DNA of 64,000 nt from an uncultured Thermococci archaeon (GCA_964595645.1 CAZQQT010000009.1:36619-100618); one strand, 5' to 3'; shown: positions 50,792 through 61,300, numbered from the stretch's first letter. A program made the numbers and translations. The notes: generated by a model not told the origin, from the sequence alone.

Positions 50792-51376
50792 ATGGAACAC
50801 CATATAAAAACACCTATTCAGAAAGAGGAGATACAAAAGCTGGAATTGGGAGATACAGTATATATTTCTGGTAATATATTTACTGCGCGCGATGCAGCGC
50901 ATACAAAAATGCTTGAACTGCACGAAAAAAAGGAACCTATACCATTCAATCCCGGAGAAATGGCAATGTTCCATTGTGGTCCACTGGTAAAAAAAATTGA
51001 TGGATCGTATACTGTGATATCTGCAGGACCAACGACGAGCGCCCGACTCACCTCCATCGAACCACCGTTCATGCGTGCCTTCGGCACGAAAGTGGTAATC
51101 GGGAAGGGAGGAATGGGTACCAAAACAGTTGACGCCATGAAGGAACTTGGCGCCGTGTACCTCTCGTACCCAGGCGGCGTCGGTGCACTTGCTGCAGAGA
51201 GAATAACGAACGTAGAGGATGTATACTGGCTTGACGAACTGGGTATGCCGGAGGCAGTCTGGCTCCTGAACGTCGAACGGTTTGGCCCCATGATTGTCGG
51301 AATAACCAAAGGAAAATCGCTGTACGATGAAGTAGAGAAAGAAGTTAAAAAAAGAATGGCAAAAATACAAAAATAA
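50792..51376 (+). CDS. Class I fumarate hydratase beta subunit
   Basis: TARDAAH, HCGP, AGPTTSAR, IGKGGM, LGMPEA. Confidence 0.88.
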   Translation: MEHHIKTPIQKEEIQKLELGDTVYISGNIFTARDAAHTKMLELHEKKEPIPFNPGEMAMFHCGPLVKKIDGSYTVISAGPTTSARLTSIEPPFMRAFGTKVVIGKGGMGTKTVDAMKELGAVYLSYPGGVGALAAERITNVEDVYWLDELGMPEAVWLLNVERFGPMIVGITKGKSLYDEVEKEVKKRMAKIQK

Positions 51377-51399
51377 ACGTGTAGGTACAGTTCTATGAA

Positions 51400-51423
51400 T
51401 CTTTTTCTTTTTTAATCCTTTTT
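51400..51423 (+). terminator. Oligo-T terminator-like tract after the operon
   Basis: ctttttctttttta...ccttttt after the last stop. Confidence 0.5.
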
Positions 51424-51452
51424 ATGCGAGCGAATAAGCAAAATTAAAGAAA

Positions 51453-51995
51453 TTACTTAGAAAGATCAAGTATCAAATACTGTTTCTCCATAGTAAACGT
51501 ATCGGATTGGTCTGGCGTGACCTTCTCCTCTTTTATTGTTTCAGCCGGTTCGAACCCAAACGATTTGTAGAGGTTCATGGCTGGAATATTGTTCTTTCCC
51601 GTACGAATGAAGAGATAACCATAGCGTTCCCTATCGACATCATTCAGTAACCTGTGCAACAGTCGGGTACCGATACCCTGCCGCCGGTATCCTTCACGGA
51701 TGTGCATCTCGTCAACGTAGAGAGATTGATTCACAGGACACTCCGTTGCAATCCGTTCCGGAAGAAGCGTGTCGGACGACAACGAGGTGACCAGTAAGAA
51801 TCCGACCAACACGTTCTTATGAAAGGCGAAGAGTCCGTATCCTTCTTCAACTACTCTCATGAATCGTGCTTCTTCCTCCTCAGGATTCACATACTGGTTC
51901 AATGCATTTTTACAGGCTTCAACGTATATCTCCATTACCTCGGTTTTATACTTCCTGAATGTATCAACATCCGCTTTCCGTATCTCGATCTTCAT
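51453..51995 (-). CDS. GNAT acetyltransferase
   Basis: YRRQGIGTRLL, NIPAMNLYKSFGF. Confidence 0.9.
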   Translation of the reverse strand: MKIEIRKADVDTFRKYKTEVMEIYVEACKNALNQYVNPEEEEARFMRVVEEGYGLFAFHKNVLVGFLLVTSLSSDTLLPERIATECPVNQSLYVDEMHIREGYRRQGIGTRLLHRLLNDVDRERYGYLFIRTGKNNIPAMNLYKSFGFEPAETIKEEKVTPDQSDTFTMEKQYLILDLSK

Positions 51996-52049
51996 TCTCT
52001 TTTATGTCCGAATCCCAATATTTATATCCTTCCGTGAGGAAAGGATCGT

Positions 52050-52385
52050 ATGAGATCCATTAGTTTTGAAGAATGGAAAAAGATAAAGATGAGAGTTGGA
52101 AAAATTATTGAAGTCGATCGTGTACCACGAACGGACAAACTGTACCGTCTCCAGGTCGACACCGGAAAAGAAACACCAATACAGATTATCACAAGTTTAG
52201 TTCCATACTATTCGGCGGATGAACTTCTGGGACAGAAAATTATCGTGTTGATGAATCTTGAACCTGCAAAATTTTCGGGAGAGGTCTCAGAGGGAATGCT
52301 ACTCTGCGCAGAAAAGAAAGACGGTAGTGAGTGTGTGCTATTAACGGTAGAGAAAAACATTGACGTAGGTACGCCGGTGACATGA
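52050..52385 (+). CDS. Stand-alone tRNA-binding OB-fold protein (Trbp111/CsaA/MetRS C-terminal-like)
   Basis: MRVGKI, DKLY, NLEPAK, SEGMLL. Confidence 0.88.
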   Translation: MRSISFEEWKKIKMRVGKIIEVDRVPRTDKLYRLQVDTGKETPIQIITSLVPYYSADELLGQKIIVLMNLEPAKFSGEVSEGMLLCAEKKDGSECVLLTVEKNIDVGTPVT

Positions 52386-52419
52386 AAACCTTTTTTAAGA
52401 ATCGCGGCAATGTGATCCC

Positions 52420-53337
52420 ATGTTAGATATGAAAGGGAAAAGTTTGGTGAGCGTTCACGATCTAGGCAAGGAAGAAGTTAATCAGATCTTTAAAACTGCT
52501 GAATACTTGAAGATGAGACAGAAGGCTGGAGAGAAAGATAAAATGCTCAAGGACAAAACACTGGCTATGATATTTGAAAAACCGTCTCTCCGGACACGAA
52601 CGACTTTTGAAACAGGGATGACCCAGCTTGGAGGACACGCAATTTATCTTGCTCCCTCCGACATTAAGATGGGGAAACGGGAGCCTGTGTACGATGTTGC
52701 TCGGAACCTCTCACGCTGGGTTGACGGCGTGATGATTCGAACATTCTCCAACGACATCGTTGTGGAGCTGGCAGAGGAAGCTACTATTCCTGTGATTAAC
52801 GGCCTTTCAGACCTGCTCCATCCCTGTCAGAGTCTCACAGACTTTTTCACAATCTACGAAAAAAAAGGAACGTTGCAAGGGCGAAAAATCGCGTACATCG
52901 GCGACGGAAACAACGTGTGCCACTCACTCATGTTTACCGCGGCAAAGACGGGAACTGAGATGAGTATAGCCTGTCCAGAAGGCTACGAGCCGGATGAAGA
53001 AATACAGAAAAGGGCAAAGGAGGACGGGCTTGATGGAGATATAACACGTGATCCAGAAAGGGCAGTAAAGGACGCTGACGTCATTTATACCGACGTATGG
53101 GCCAGTATGGGTCAGGAAGATGAGAGAGAAGAGCGGCTGAAAATATTTAAAGGATATCAGGTGAACATGGAACTCATAAAGAAGGCAAAACCGGATGTTA
53201 TCGTGATGCACTGCCTGCCTGCCCATTACGGCGAGGAGATAACAAAAGAGGTAATAGAGTCTAGCCATGGTGTCGTTTACGATCAGGCCGAAAATAGACT
53301 GCACGCACAAAAGGCCCTCATGGCACTTATCATGTAA
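52420..53337 (+). CDS. argF: Ornithine carbamoyltransferase
   Basis: FEKPSLRTR, HPCQ, DVWASMG, HCLP, DQAENR. Confidence 0.95.
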   Translation: MLDMKGKSLVSVHDLGKEEVNQIFKTAEYLKMRQKAGEKDKMLKDKTLAMIFEKPSLRTRTTFETGMTQLGGHAIYLAPSDIKMGKREPVYDVARNLSRWVDGVMIRTFSNDIVVELAEEATIPVINGLSDLLHPCQSLTDFFTIYEKKGTLQGRKIAYIGDGNNVCHSLMFTAAKTGTEMSIACPEGYEPDEEIQKRAKEDGLDGDITRDPERAVKDADVIYTDVWASMGQEDEREERLKIFKGYQVNMELIKKAKPDVIVMHCLPAHYGEEITKEVIESSHGVVYDQAENRLHAQKALMALIM

Positions 53338-53342
53338 CATTC

Positions 53343-53687
53343 ATGTCTCTTCAGATGGAATGTAGGTTCTGGATTGAGAATGAAGATGGAGACTACGTCC
53401 TTGGAGAGGGAATTTTTTTACTTTTAAAAGAAATAGAAAAGACAGAATCACTGAGTGAAGCAGCCAACAATCTAGGAATGAGCTATTCATACGCGTGGCG
53501 GAAAATAAAGAAGATCGAGGCTGTCGTAGAAAAAAAGGTAGTAGAAAGTTCGAGAGGCGGTAGAAAAAAGGGAGAAACTAATCTCACCAACTACGGAAAA
53601 CATCTTATATCTCTTTACAGAGAATTAGATAGGAAGATAAAAAATTTAAAGAACAACGTGGAGATGAGCGTGAATGAAGGAGATTGA
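53343..53687 (+). CDS. ModE-type winged-helix regulator (no molybdate-binding domain)
   Basis: LGEG..LL..IE...SLSEAA..LGMSYSYAW, RGG...G.T.LT..G. Confidence 0.85.
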   Translation: MSLQMECRFWIENEDGDYVLGEGIFLLLKEIEKTESLSEAANNLGMSYSYAWRKIKKIEAVVEKKVVESSRGGRKKGETNLTNYGKHLISLYRELDRKIKNLKNNVEMSVNEGD

Positions 53688-54105
53688 CGAGATCCGTAAA
53701 GAACTTGAGGAACTTGAAGTTACAGTACAGAAAGACGAATGTCATGAAGAGTATCAACTCATAGAGTTCTCGCTGAGCGAGGTGTACTACAGCTCCCTCA
53801 GGATGATGATATATCCAGATAAAATAGTTCTAGAGGGTCCTGTAATCTACAAAGAAGATTCAAACGCCTCAAAAGGTCTTTTCGATAAATATAGCTCCAA
53901 CTTCGATGAGATAGAAAGAGAGGGAAAGTATCGATATGGAAAAACACTGCCCCGTGACACGCACCAACTAAAGGGATATCTGAAAAAAATTGCAAAAAAC
54001 TCTTCTATTGTAGGATTAAACTACGAATTGAGATACTACGACAAATACAAAGCTGGTGAAGCTGCAGATCTACTGGAAAAATATGGATATCCTGTAGAGT
54101 TCTAG
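53674..54105 (+). CDS. Hypothetical protein
   Basis: 143-aa ORF overlapping the upstream gene; no motif recognised. Confidence 0.65.
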   Translation: MKEIDEIRKELEELEVTVQKDECHEEYQLIEFSLSEVYYSSLRMMIYPDKIVLEGPVIYKEDSNASKGLFDKYSSNFDEIEREGKYRYGKTLPRDTHQLKGYLKKIAKNSSIVGLNYELRYYDKYKAGEAADLLEKYGYPVEF

Positions 54106-54647
54106 TACCGTGAGTAAAGTGTATTTTCTACTCCTAGAATATCCAGCGTCTTTCCTACCACAAAGTTGACCATATCCTCCACTCCCTCAGGTTCGATGTA
54201 AAAAGGTGGTGCTGCAGGGAGTATTATCACGCCTTCCCGTGAAAGTTTCGCCATATTGTCTAGCGCAATAGTGTTAAGTGGCGTTTCTCGTACTGTGAGC
54301 ACTAATTTCCTTTGTTCTTTTAACGCCACACTTGCTACACGTGTAATAAGATTATCACTGATTCCAAAGGCTATTTTTGACATTGTAGAGATACTGCATG
54401 GAGTAACAGCTAATGCATCGAAAAAGTTACTCCCTGATGCTATATCACTCTCCATCTCATTATTAAGGTGAAATTTATCAGCTAAATTCTTTAAATACTC
54501 TAAATTATACGTAGTCTCATCATATATGATCTTCTGTGCCGTGTTCGATACTATCACCACAGTCTCCATCTTCTTCGACAGAAACTCCACGAGTTTCACC
54601 CCATATATGATACCTGAGGCTCCTGTAATACCAACGACGATCTTCAT
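54102..54647 (-). CDS. ubiX: Flavin prenyltransferase UbiX
   Basis: VGITGASG, IASGS, PCS, DNLITR, RETP. Confidence 0.95.
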   Translation of the reverse strand: MKIVVGITGASGIIYGVKLVEFLSKKMETVVIVSNTAQKIIYDETTYNLEYLKNLADKFHLNNEMESDIASGSNFFDALAVTPCSISTMSKIAFGISDNLITRVASVALKEQRKLVLTVRETPLNTIALDNMAKLSREGVIILPAAPPFYIEPEGVEDMVNFVVGKTLDILGVENTLYSRY

Positions 54648-54712
54648 ACCTTCTCAAGAGAGACGGTAAATAAATAATTATCTTTAAAAAGTCTCTATTG
54701 TATGGGGGTAGT

Positions 54713-55075
54713 ATGAAACCAATTCTGAGTAAAAATGCGCCGCAGCCAGTAGGCCCGTACTCGCAGGCCATTAAGGTAGATGGGCTATTGTTTATCTCTG
54801 GACAGCTGGGTATGGATACGGATGGACAGATAAAGGATACAATAGAAAACCAAACACATCAGGCGTTGAAGAATATTAAAGCGATACTCAAGGAAGAGGA
54901 ACTGGGATTGGAACATGTCGTAAAAGTTACCGTGTTTTTGAGCGATATGGACGATTTTGAAAGAATGAACACTGTGTATAAAAAATATCTGGAAACTCCT
55001 GCCAGAGCATGCGTTGGCGTGGATTTGTTTAAGAACTGTAAGATCGAAATAGAGGCTATAGCTGCGTATGATTAA
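54713..55075 (+). CDS. ridA: RidA-family enamine/imine deaminase
   Basis: APQPVGPYSQA, SGQ, PARACV, IEIEAIA. Confidence 0.92.
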   Translation: MKPILSKNAPQPVGPYSQAIKVDGLLFISGQLGMDTDGQIKDTIENQTHQALKNIKAILKEEELGLEHVVKVTVFLSDMDDFERMNTVYKKYLETPARACVGVDLFKNCKIEIEAIAAYD

Positions 55076-56303
55076 GGTGTACATCGAGACGTACGGATGC
55101 ACAATGAACAAGGGGGATACAGAGATAATGAAACACTTCCTCAGCAGCCAGTGTACAGAAAATATAGAAGAAGCTGATATCATCATAGTAAACTCCTGTG
55201 GAGTGAAGGGCCAGACAGAGAAAAAAGTGGTAAGACGGATCAAGGAGCTCTGCGATACAAAGAAAGTTGTTGTCGCAGGCTGTCTCCCATTAATCAACCG
55301 AGAGAGTATCGATGATCGGGTCCGTGGTATACTGGACCCTCAGAGTGTGGATAGAGTGAATGAAGTAGTGGAAAAAGTAGCAGAAGGAGAAAAAATCGAA
55401 ATTTTTTCAGAGAATAAGGATAAAAGTTTCTTTAAAAAGAGAAGAGAGGATATTACAGCAATAATTCCTATATCCGAAGGGTGTATGGGGGGATGTGCGT
55501 ACTGTGGAACGAAACATGCCCGTGGCCCACTTTTAAGCTTCGATTTCGACAATCTCGTCGAAGAGGTAAAAGACGCAGTACACGCCGGATACAAACAGAT
55601 CCTTATCACTTCACAGGATACGGGATGCTACGGGTTCGACACAGATCGAAGACTTCCAGAGCTTCTGGAGAAAATCGCAGCGGTAGATGGAAAGTTTAAA
55701 GTGAGAGTGGGGATGATGAACCCCAATAACGCGTTAAAAATTCTCGACGATCTCGCGAAAGTATACCGATCAGAAAAAATATATAATTTTCTTCATTTGC
55801 CTGTACAGTCCGGGGATAACACTGTGTTGGAAAAGATGAATAGACAGTACACTGTTGAGGACTTTGAGCATATCGTAAAAAAATTCAGAAGAAAGATCGA
55901 CAATCTGTACCTCTGCACGGATATCATCGTGGGATTTCCTGGCGAGACCAACGAAAAATTTGAGAATACAGTGGATCTTATACACCGAACTACCCCCGAT
56001 AAGATCAATGTCACACGATTCTCTACGCGCCCGAACACCGCGGCAGAAAAGATGGAGCAAGTATACGGCTGGGTGAAAAAGGAGCGATCCCGGCGGCTCC
56101 ATGACCTGCGAATGGAAATATCCCATAAAATAAATCTACAGTACGTAGGGAACAAATACGAAGTACTGGTCGTCCGGAAGGGCAAAAAACATATGGTGGG
56201 AAGAATGGAAAATTATAAACCAGTGATAGTGAAGGGGTATGTCGGTGAGTTCAAAAGAGTAAAAATCACAAAGGCAGCCAAAACGTATCTCATGGCAGTT
56301 TAA
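55068..56303 (+). CDS. mtaB: tRNA t6A37 methylthiotransferase (archaeal e-MtaB/CDKAL1 type)
   Basis: ETYGCTMN, NSCGVK, AGC; CMGGCAYCGTKHARG; RVGMMNP; HLPVQSG; TRAM domain. Confidence 0.9.
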   Translation: MIKVYIETYGCTMNKGDTEIMKHFLSSQCTENIEEADIIIVNSCGVKGQTEKKVVRRIKELCDTKKVVVAGCLPLINRESIDDRVRGILDPQSVDRVNEVVEKVAEGEKIEIFSENKDKSFFKKRREDITAIIPISEGCMGGCAYCGTKHARGPLLSFDFDNLVEEVKDAVHAGYKQILITSQDTGCYGFDTDRRLPELLEKIAAVDGKFKVRVGMMNPNNALKILDDLAKVYRSEKIYNFLHLPVQSGDNTVLEKMNRQYTVEDFEHIVKKFRRKIDNLYLCTDIIVGFPGETNEKFENTVDLIHRTTPDKINVTRFSTRPNTAAEKMEQVYGWVKKERSRRLHDLRMEISHKINLQYVGNKYEVLVVRKGKKHMVGRMENYKPVIVKGYVGEFKRVKITKAAKTYLMAV

Positions 56304-57019
56304 TCTAATGAGAGGCGGATCGTATCCCCCGGAATTACATTAAAAGAGTTCGCCGCGTTTTTTTTGTTTCCAGCTATCTCCAGGAATCCGTGACTTCCTA
56401 TAAGTGCTAAAAAATTCTCTGTTTCTGAGTATATACGAAGGAAGGGGATGGTGACACCTCTAAAACGTATTTTGTTGATTGTCGGAACATCTTCTTTTGG
56501 CACATTTGTGATTATATTGCCAAAGTTGTCCACAAAGAGCACGGTGCACAGTATCTGATCTTTTTCTATCCGTGGATCAGGTACACCAAGATCCGTGAGT
56601 TTTTCGAGTTGTTTTCCATGAATGTCCTTCCTTAACGAGATATCTGCTGCTAAAGGAGCATACACATCTCTACCGTGGAATGTATAGGAAATATCTTCTT
56701 TTTCTATCTCCACAATCCTTCGTAGAGAATAACGCCTACACACAAGTGAAAAAAGACCATTGTCAGGTCCAATGAAGTAGTGTTTCTTTGTTTCTACAAC
56801 AATGTTCTTCCTCGATCCTCCCACACCGGGATCAATAACACCCACAATAATAGATCCGGGAAAATAATCGACAACTCTATCTATCGTAAACGCACCGGAG
56901 AGAATATCGTGACGTTCTACAGTAAGATCTAGTATGGAAACATCGGGATTCTTTCTCCATATCACTCCTTTCATCTGTGCCAGGTAGAACTCTTCAAAGT
57001 CCGTGACCAGAAGTATCAT
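56300..57019 (-). CDS. SAM hydroxide adenosyltransferase (DUF62 / chlorinase-fluorinase family)
   Basis: TDF, DPGVG..R, GPDNGL, TFHGRD, DNFGN. Confidence 0.9.
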   Translation of the reverse strand: MILLVTDFEEFYLAQMKGVIWRKNPDVSILDLTVERHDILSGAFTIDRVVDYFPGSIIVGVIDPGVGGSRKNIVVETKKHYFIGPDNGLFSLVCRRYSLRRIVEIEKEDISYTFHGRDVYAPLAADISLRKDIHGKQLEKLTDLGVPDPRIEKDQILCTVLFVDNFGNIITNVPKEDVPTINKIRFRGVTIPFLRIYSETENFLALIGSHGFLEIAGNKKNAANSFNVIPGDTIRLSLD

Positions 57020-57136
57020 GTACACTATCTCATACCTGATCTATTTAATCCTTTTGATAAGCAACACAAAAGATTTAAATATCATCTTTACTATCGACAA
57101 TTAACAAAAATACAAGAAACTAAGGAGGGAAAATCG

Positions 57137-59110
57137 ATGAAAGGAACGAAATGGGTAAAAAAAGATCCTGAAAGAGAAGATGTTTTCTGGCCTTCTGAGG
57201 AAATGAAGGAAAAAGCATGGCTGAGTGATCCAGAGATATACGAGAAGGCAATGAAAGATCCGGAACAATTCTGGACTGAAAAAGCGAAAGAAGGCCTCGC
57301 CTGGTATAACGACGACTTTAAAAAAGCATATGAGTGGAATCCTCCATACTACAAATGGTTTATAGGGGGAAAGATAAATGCGGCGTACAACTGTCTCGAC
57401 AGACATATGGACACATCGACAAAAGGTAAAAGGGCATTGATATGGGTACCAGAACCACCTGATGAAGATGTACGGACCTTTACCTACGAAGATCTCTATA
57501 AAAAGGTGAACAAATTCGCCAATGTCCTGAAGGATCTGGGTGTGAAAAAGGGCGATAGAGTAGGTATCTACATGCCCATGATTCCAGAGGCACTGGTGGC
57601 GATGCTCGCATGTGCCCGACTCGGTGCTATCCACAGTGTTGTCTTTTCGGCCTTCAGTCCGGACTCTCTAAAAGACAGGCTCAAGGATGCGGATGCAAAG
57701 GTCCTAATTACCTCGGATGGTTACTACCGACGAGGAAAGGCACTAAACCTGAAGGAAAATGCGGACAAAGGAGCAAAGGGCACTTCGGTGAAAAATATTG
57801 TTGTGGTACAACGAATTGGCGACAAAATAGATGTGGGTATGAAGGAAGGAAGAGACATATGGTGGGAAGATGCCATGGAGGACGCAGATGATCACTGCGA
57901 GCCTGAAGTCATGGATAGTGAAGATCCTCTTTTTATTCTGTACACCTCCGGCACCACCGGGAAACCAAAGGGTGTCATCCACGAAACCGGAGGATACTTA
58001 ACTCAAGCTTACTGGACCTCAAAGTGGGATTTCGATCTCCACGATGAGGATATCTTCTGGTGCACCGCCGATATTGGCTGGGTCACAGGACACACCTATA
58101 ACTGTTACGGACCCTTCGCACTTGGGGCAACAATCCTCATCTATGAAGGAGCACCAGACTATCCAGAACCGGACAGATGGTGGGAAATTATCGAAGACCA
58201 CGGTGTTACAGTACTGTACACCGCGCCCACCGCAATCCGGATGTTCATAAAACTCGGAGAAGAGTGGGTAGAAAAACATGACCTCTCCTCTCTAAAGGTC
58301 CTTGGTACTGTGGGAGAACCCATCGACAGAGACTCCTGGTACTGGTACTTCAACAAGATCGGTGGTGGACGATGTCCGATTATTGATACCTGGTGGCAGA
58401 CAGAGACGGGTGGCACACTGATAAACTCACTGCCAGGAATAGGTCCGTTCATGCCGGGAGTTGCCGGGAGGCCACTGCCGGGAATCAAGTTCGGAATCTA
58501 TAACAGCGAGGGCAATGAAATCACAGAGGAGAAGCGGTCCGGCTACCTCGTGCAGCACTCACCCTTCGGTCCGGGAATGCTACGAGGTGTCTGGCAGAGA
58601 CCTGAGAAGTACAAGGAAGAGTACTGGTCTCGATTCGGAGAAAAAGTGTACTTTGCCGGCGATGCCGCAATGATATATGATAAAAACCTCGATGTTATTA
58701 AGATCGCCGGACGAGTAGATGACGTTATGAATGTGGCAGGCCACAGGCTCTCCACTGCGGAACTCGAAGGTGTTTTCACCGAACATGAAGCCGTTGCAGA
58801 AGCAGCTGTAGTCAGTGCACCCCACGATGTAAAGGGAGAAGTTCCCATGGTCTTTGTGGTACTGAAAGGAGGATATGAACCTTCTGAGGAGCTTAAAAAT
58901 GAACTTAACGCTCTCGTAAGGGAAAAAATAGGACCTACTGCAAAACCTGATGGTATATTCTTTGGGGAACTCCCAAAGACCCGAAGTGGAAAGATAATGA
59001 GAAGAATCCTCAGAAATCTCGTCTCAGGGAAACCTGTAGGCAACACTACAACACTACTCAATCCCGAGAGTGTAGAGGTCCTCAAAGAAGAGGTGCAGAA
59101 AAACAAGTGA
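57137..59110 (+). CDS. acs: AMP-forming acetyl-CoA synthetase
   Basis: [44 protein letters not shown]. Confidence 0.95.
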   Translation: MKGTKWVKKDPEREDVFWPSEEMKEKAWLSDPEIYEKAMKDPEQFWTEKAKEGLAWYNDDFKKAYEWNPPYYKWFIGGKINAAYNCLDRHMDTSTKGKRALIWVPEPPDEDVRTFTYEDLYKKVNKFANVLKDLGVKKGDRVGIYMPMIPEALVAMLACARLGAIHSVVFSAFSPDSLKDRLKDADAKVLITSDGYYRRGKALNLKENADKGAKGTSVKNIVVVQRIGDKIDVGMKEGRDIWWEDAMEDADDHCEPEVMDSEDPLFILYTSGTTGKPKGVIHETGGYLTQAYWTSKWDFDLHDEDIFWCTADIGWVTGHTYNCYGPFALGATILIYEGAPDYPEPDRWWEIIEDHGVTVLYTAPTAIRMFIKLGEEWVEKHDLSSLKVLGTVGEPIDRDSWYWYFNKIGGGRCPIIDTWWQTETGGTLINSLPGIGPFMPGVAGRPLPGIKFGIYNSEGNEITEEKRSGYLVQHSPFGPGMLRGVWQRPEKYKEEYWSRFGEKVYFAGDAAMIYDKNLDVIKIAGRVDDVMNVAGHRLSTAELEGVFTEHEAVAEAAVVSAPHDVKGEVPMVFVVLKGGYEPSEELKNELNALVREKIGPTAKPDGIFFGELPKTRSGKIMRRILRNLVSGKPVGNTTTLLNPESVEVLKEEVQKNK

Positions 59111-59137
59111 CTTTTTTTCTTTTTTTATTTCTCTTTT
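59111..59137 (+). terminator. Oligo-T terminator-like tract
   Basis: ctttttttctttttttatttctctttt directly after the acs stop. Confidence 0.55.
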
Positions 59138-59198
59138 AATTGAAGAATGAGTAAATTTTAAAAAATTATATAAATTATTAGATAGAAAATAGGTAGAT

Positions 59199-59900
59199 AT
59201 GAGAAGAATTTATATTGGAATACTTATATGTGTGCTTGTAGTGAGTGGAACGATAGGAGTTTTTATCCTGAAACGAGACGCGACAACAGAAGAACCTATT
59301 TCAGAAGAAACAATCTCCCTACCCAGCCCCTCCTATGAAAGCGATACATCGGTGGAGGAGGCTCTCAGAGAAAGACGGTCAATTCGGAGCTACAGTGATG
59401 AACCCCTCACACTTCACGAGATGTCGCAGCTTCTCTGGGCTGCACAGGGAGTAACAGACGAACGAGGTTTCAGAACGGCACCATCCGCCGGTGCGTTATA
59501 CCCACTGGAGATCTACGTTGTTGTAGGGAATGTGACAGATCTCTCCGCTGGTATCTATAAGTATTTCCCTGAAACACATAAGCTGCGAAGGATAATAGCT
59601 GGAGATAAACGGAAAGAGCTTGCCGTAGCAGCACTCGGGCAGGCCCACGTAGAAAGAGGTGCGATTGATCTCGTATTCTCTGCCGTCTATGAACGCACGA
59701 CAAGGAAATACGGAGAACGTGGGATTCGCTATGTTCATATGGAGGTAGGTCATGCCGCGCAGAACGTGTATCTCCAGGCGAAATCGTTAAATCTCGGTAC
59801 CGTAGTAATAGGTGCCTTTCACGACGATCGGATGAAAAAACTCATCGGAATGCCGGAGGAGGAAGAGCCACTCTATATCATGCCCATAGGGAACATATGA
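59199..59900 (+). CDS. SagB/ThcOx-like nitroreductase-fold protein with N-terminal TM helix
   Basis: RRSIRSY, RTAPSAGALYP, EVGHAAQN, IGAF. Confidence 0.88.
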   Translation: MRRIYIGILICVLVVSGTIGVFILKRDATTEEPISEETISLPSPSYESDTSVEEALRERRSIRSYSDEPLTLHEMSQLLWAAQGVTDERGFRTAPSAGALYPLEIYVVVGNVTDLSAGIYKYFPETHKLRRIIAGDKRKELAVAALGQAHVERGAIDLVFSAVYERTTRKYGERGIRYVHMEVGHAAQNVYLQAKSLNLGTVVIGAFHDDRMKKLIGMPEEEEPLYIMPIGNI

Positions 59901-59910
59901 GGTGCTGCAG

Positions 59911-60375
59911 ATGGTACGTATCATCCACGCAACAACAGATGAGAAGATAGCGCATGCAAAAAAGTTATGTAGAGAGTATGCCGAGTCACTCGATATCGAT
60001 CTCTCATTCCAGAACTTTGAAAATGAACTTGAGAAGTTTCCTAAAGAATACTCACCCCCTGAAGGACGATTACTTCTCGCTCGCTCTACAAAAAAATACG
60101 TGGGCTGTGTAGCACTGAGGAAGATCACCGATGAAACCTGCGAGATGAAACGGTTGTACGTGAAACCCCCATTCCGCGGGAAAGGTATCGGAAAAACGCT
60201 GGCGAAGGCAGTGATTAAAGAAGCGCGAATAATTGGATACACTCGTATGCGGTTGGACACACTTCCCTGGATGAAAAAAGCAATATCTCTCTATACATCG
60301 CTTGGATTCAAGCCTATTGAACCATATTATCCTAACCCGATTGAAGGATCGGTATTCATGGAATTGAGCCTGTGA
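59911..60375 (+). CDS. GNAT acetyltransferase
   Basis: CEMKRLYV, RGKGIG, RLDTL, LYTSLGF. Confidence 0.9.
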   Translation: MVRIIHATTDEKIAHAKKLCREYAESLDIDLSFQNFENELEKFPKEYSPPEGRLLLARSTKKYVGCVALRKITDETCEMKRLYVKPPFRGKGIGKTLAKAVIKEARIIGYTRMRLDTLPWMKKAISLYTSLGFKPIEPYYPNPIEGSVFMELSL

Positions 60376-60376
60376 T

Positions 60377-61291
60377 TCATCGCATGAAGAGAATTGCAAC
60401 GCCTATCACTGCGATTATCGCTCCAACAATGCCCTGAAGATTTGTTCTCTCCTTATAAAGAATCCAGACAACGGGGATCACCATAATGGGCATAAGCGAC
60501 ATCAATGTAGACGCAACACCAGCTACTGTGTAAGTAACGGCTACCATAGAGAGCCATATTCCGAGAAAAGGACCTGATATAGCACCCCCTATCGTTCTCA
60601 TGACCCCCTTACTATCTTTGTAGGTCTTCAATATTTCTAATGGATCTTTTACAATCGCTACGATGAGCCAGATAATCAGTGTTGCTGTGATCAGCCGTAT
60701 AAATGTAGCTGAGAGTGGATCGAGTGATGTTGAAGCTACAGCAACCATTCCATATTTGGAGATAGTAAGTCCAACGCCCTGGCCTATAGAACCTCCCAGT
60801 CCAAAAATCACTCCTATCGCCTCTTTCTTTCCTGAGAAAATATCCTCCGAATCTTCTTCTCGCTCTATTACGACGATAACTATCCCTAAAAGAGTAACGG
60901 TGATCCCAAGAACTGCCCACATGCTCAACGTCTCATTCAAAATAAAGTATGCTGAAATGGTAGAGAATATGGGTGCCATGGACATGAGAAGAACGCCCTT
61001 TCTCGGCCCTATAAGAACAAGAGCACCCAAATAACCAAAATCTCCGAGTATTAATCCTATAAAGCCACTAAGACTCATAAATGCCCATTGTGAGGTCGTT
61101 GCAGGTGGCACCAATGTACCATACAGGATAAGATGTGTCACTCCTATCATCGACATTGCAACAGGCAGACGCAGAGCATTGACGCTGAGTACACCGATTC
61201 GTTTACCTGCCGATGCAAATAGAACAGAACAGGTTGTCCAGAGTACCGAGGTGCAAAGAGCAGCTATTTCGCCAATAAGGTGAGATTCCAT
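60377..61291 (-). CDS. DMT/EamA-family transporter
   Basis: About 10 TM helices, IGEIAAL, two EamA-like halves. Confidence 0.88.
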   Translation of the reverse strand: MESHLIGEIAALCTSVLWTTCSVLFASAGKRIGVLSVNALRLPVAMSMIGVTHLILYGTLVPPATTSQWAFMSLSGFIGLILGDFGYLGALVLIGPRKGVLLMSMAPIFSTISAYFILNETLSMWAVLGITVTLLGIVIVVIEREEDSEDIFSGKKEAIGVIFGLGGSIGQGVGLTISKYGMVAVASTSLDPLSATFIRLITATLIIWLIVAIVKDPLEILKTYKDSKGVMRTIGGAISGPFLGIWLSMVAVTYTVAGVASTLMSLMPIMVIPVVWILYKERTNLQGIVGAIIAVIGVAILFMR

Positions 61292-61300
61292 GCGTCTCTT

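Noticed and set aside
56300-57019. Halogenase (fluorinase/chlorinase)
   Set aside because: The Asp-Arg-His residues typical of DUF62 hydrolases are present and there is no biosynthetic context
57101-57634. 177-aa minus-strand ORF and similar ORFs opposite acs, suc, fum and r-protein genes
   Set aside because: Antisense shadows of well-supported genes
59199-59900. Azole RiPP cluster
   Set aside because: SagB-like gene without YcaO, E1-like partner or precursor peptide; stand-alone forms are common in archaea
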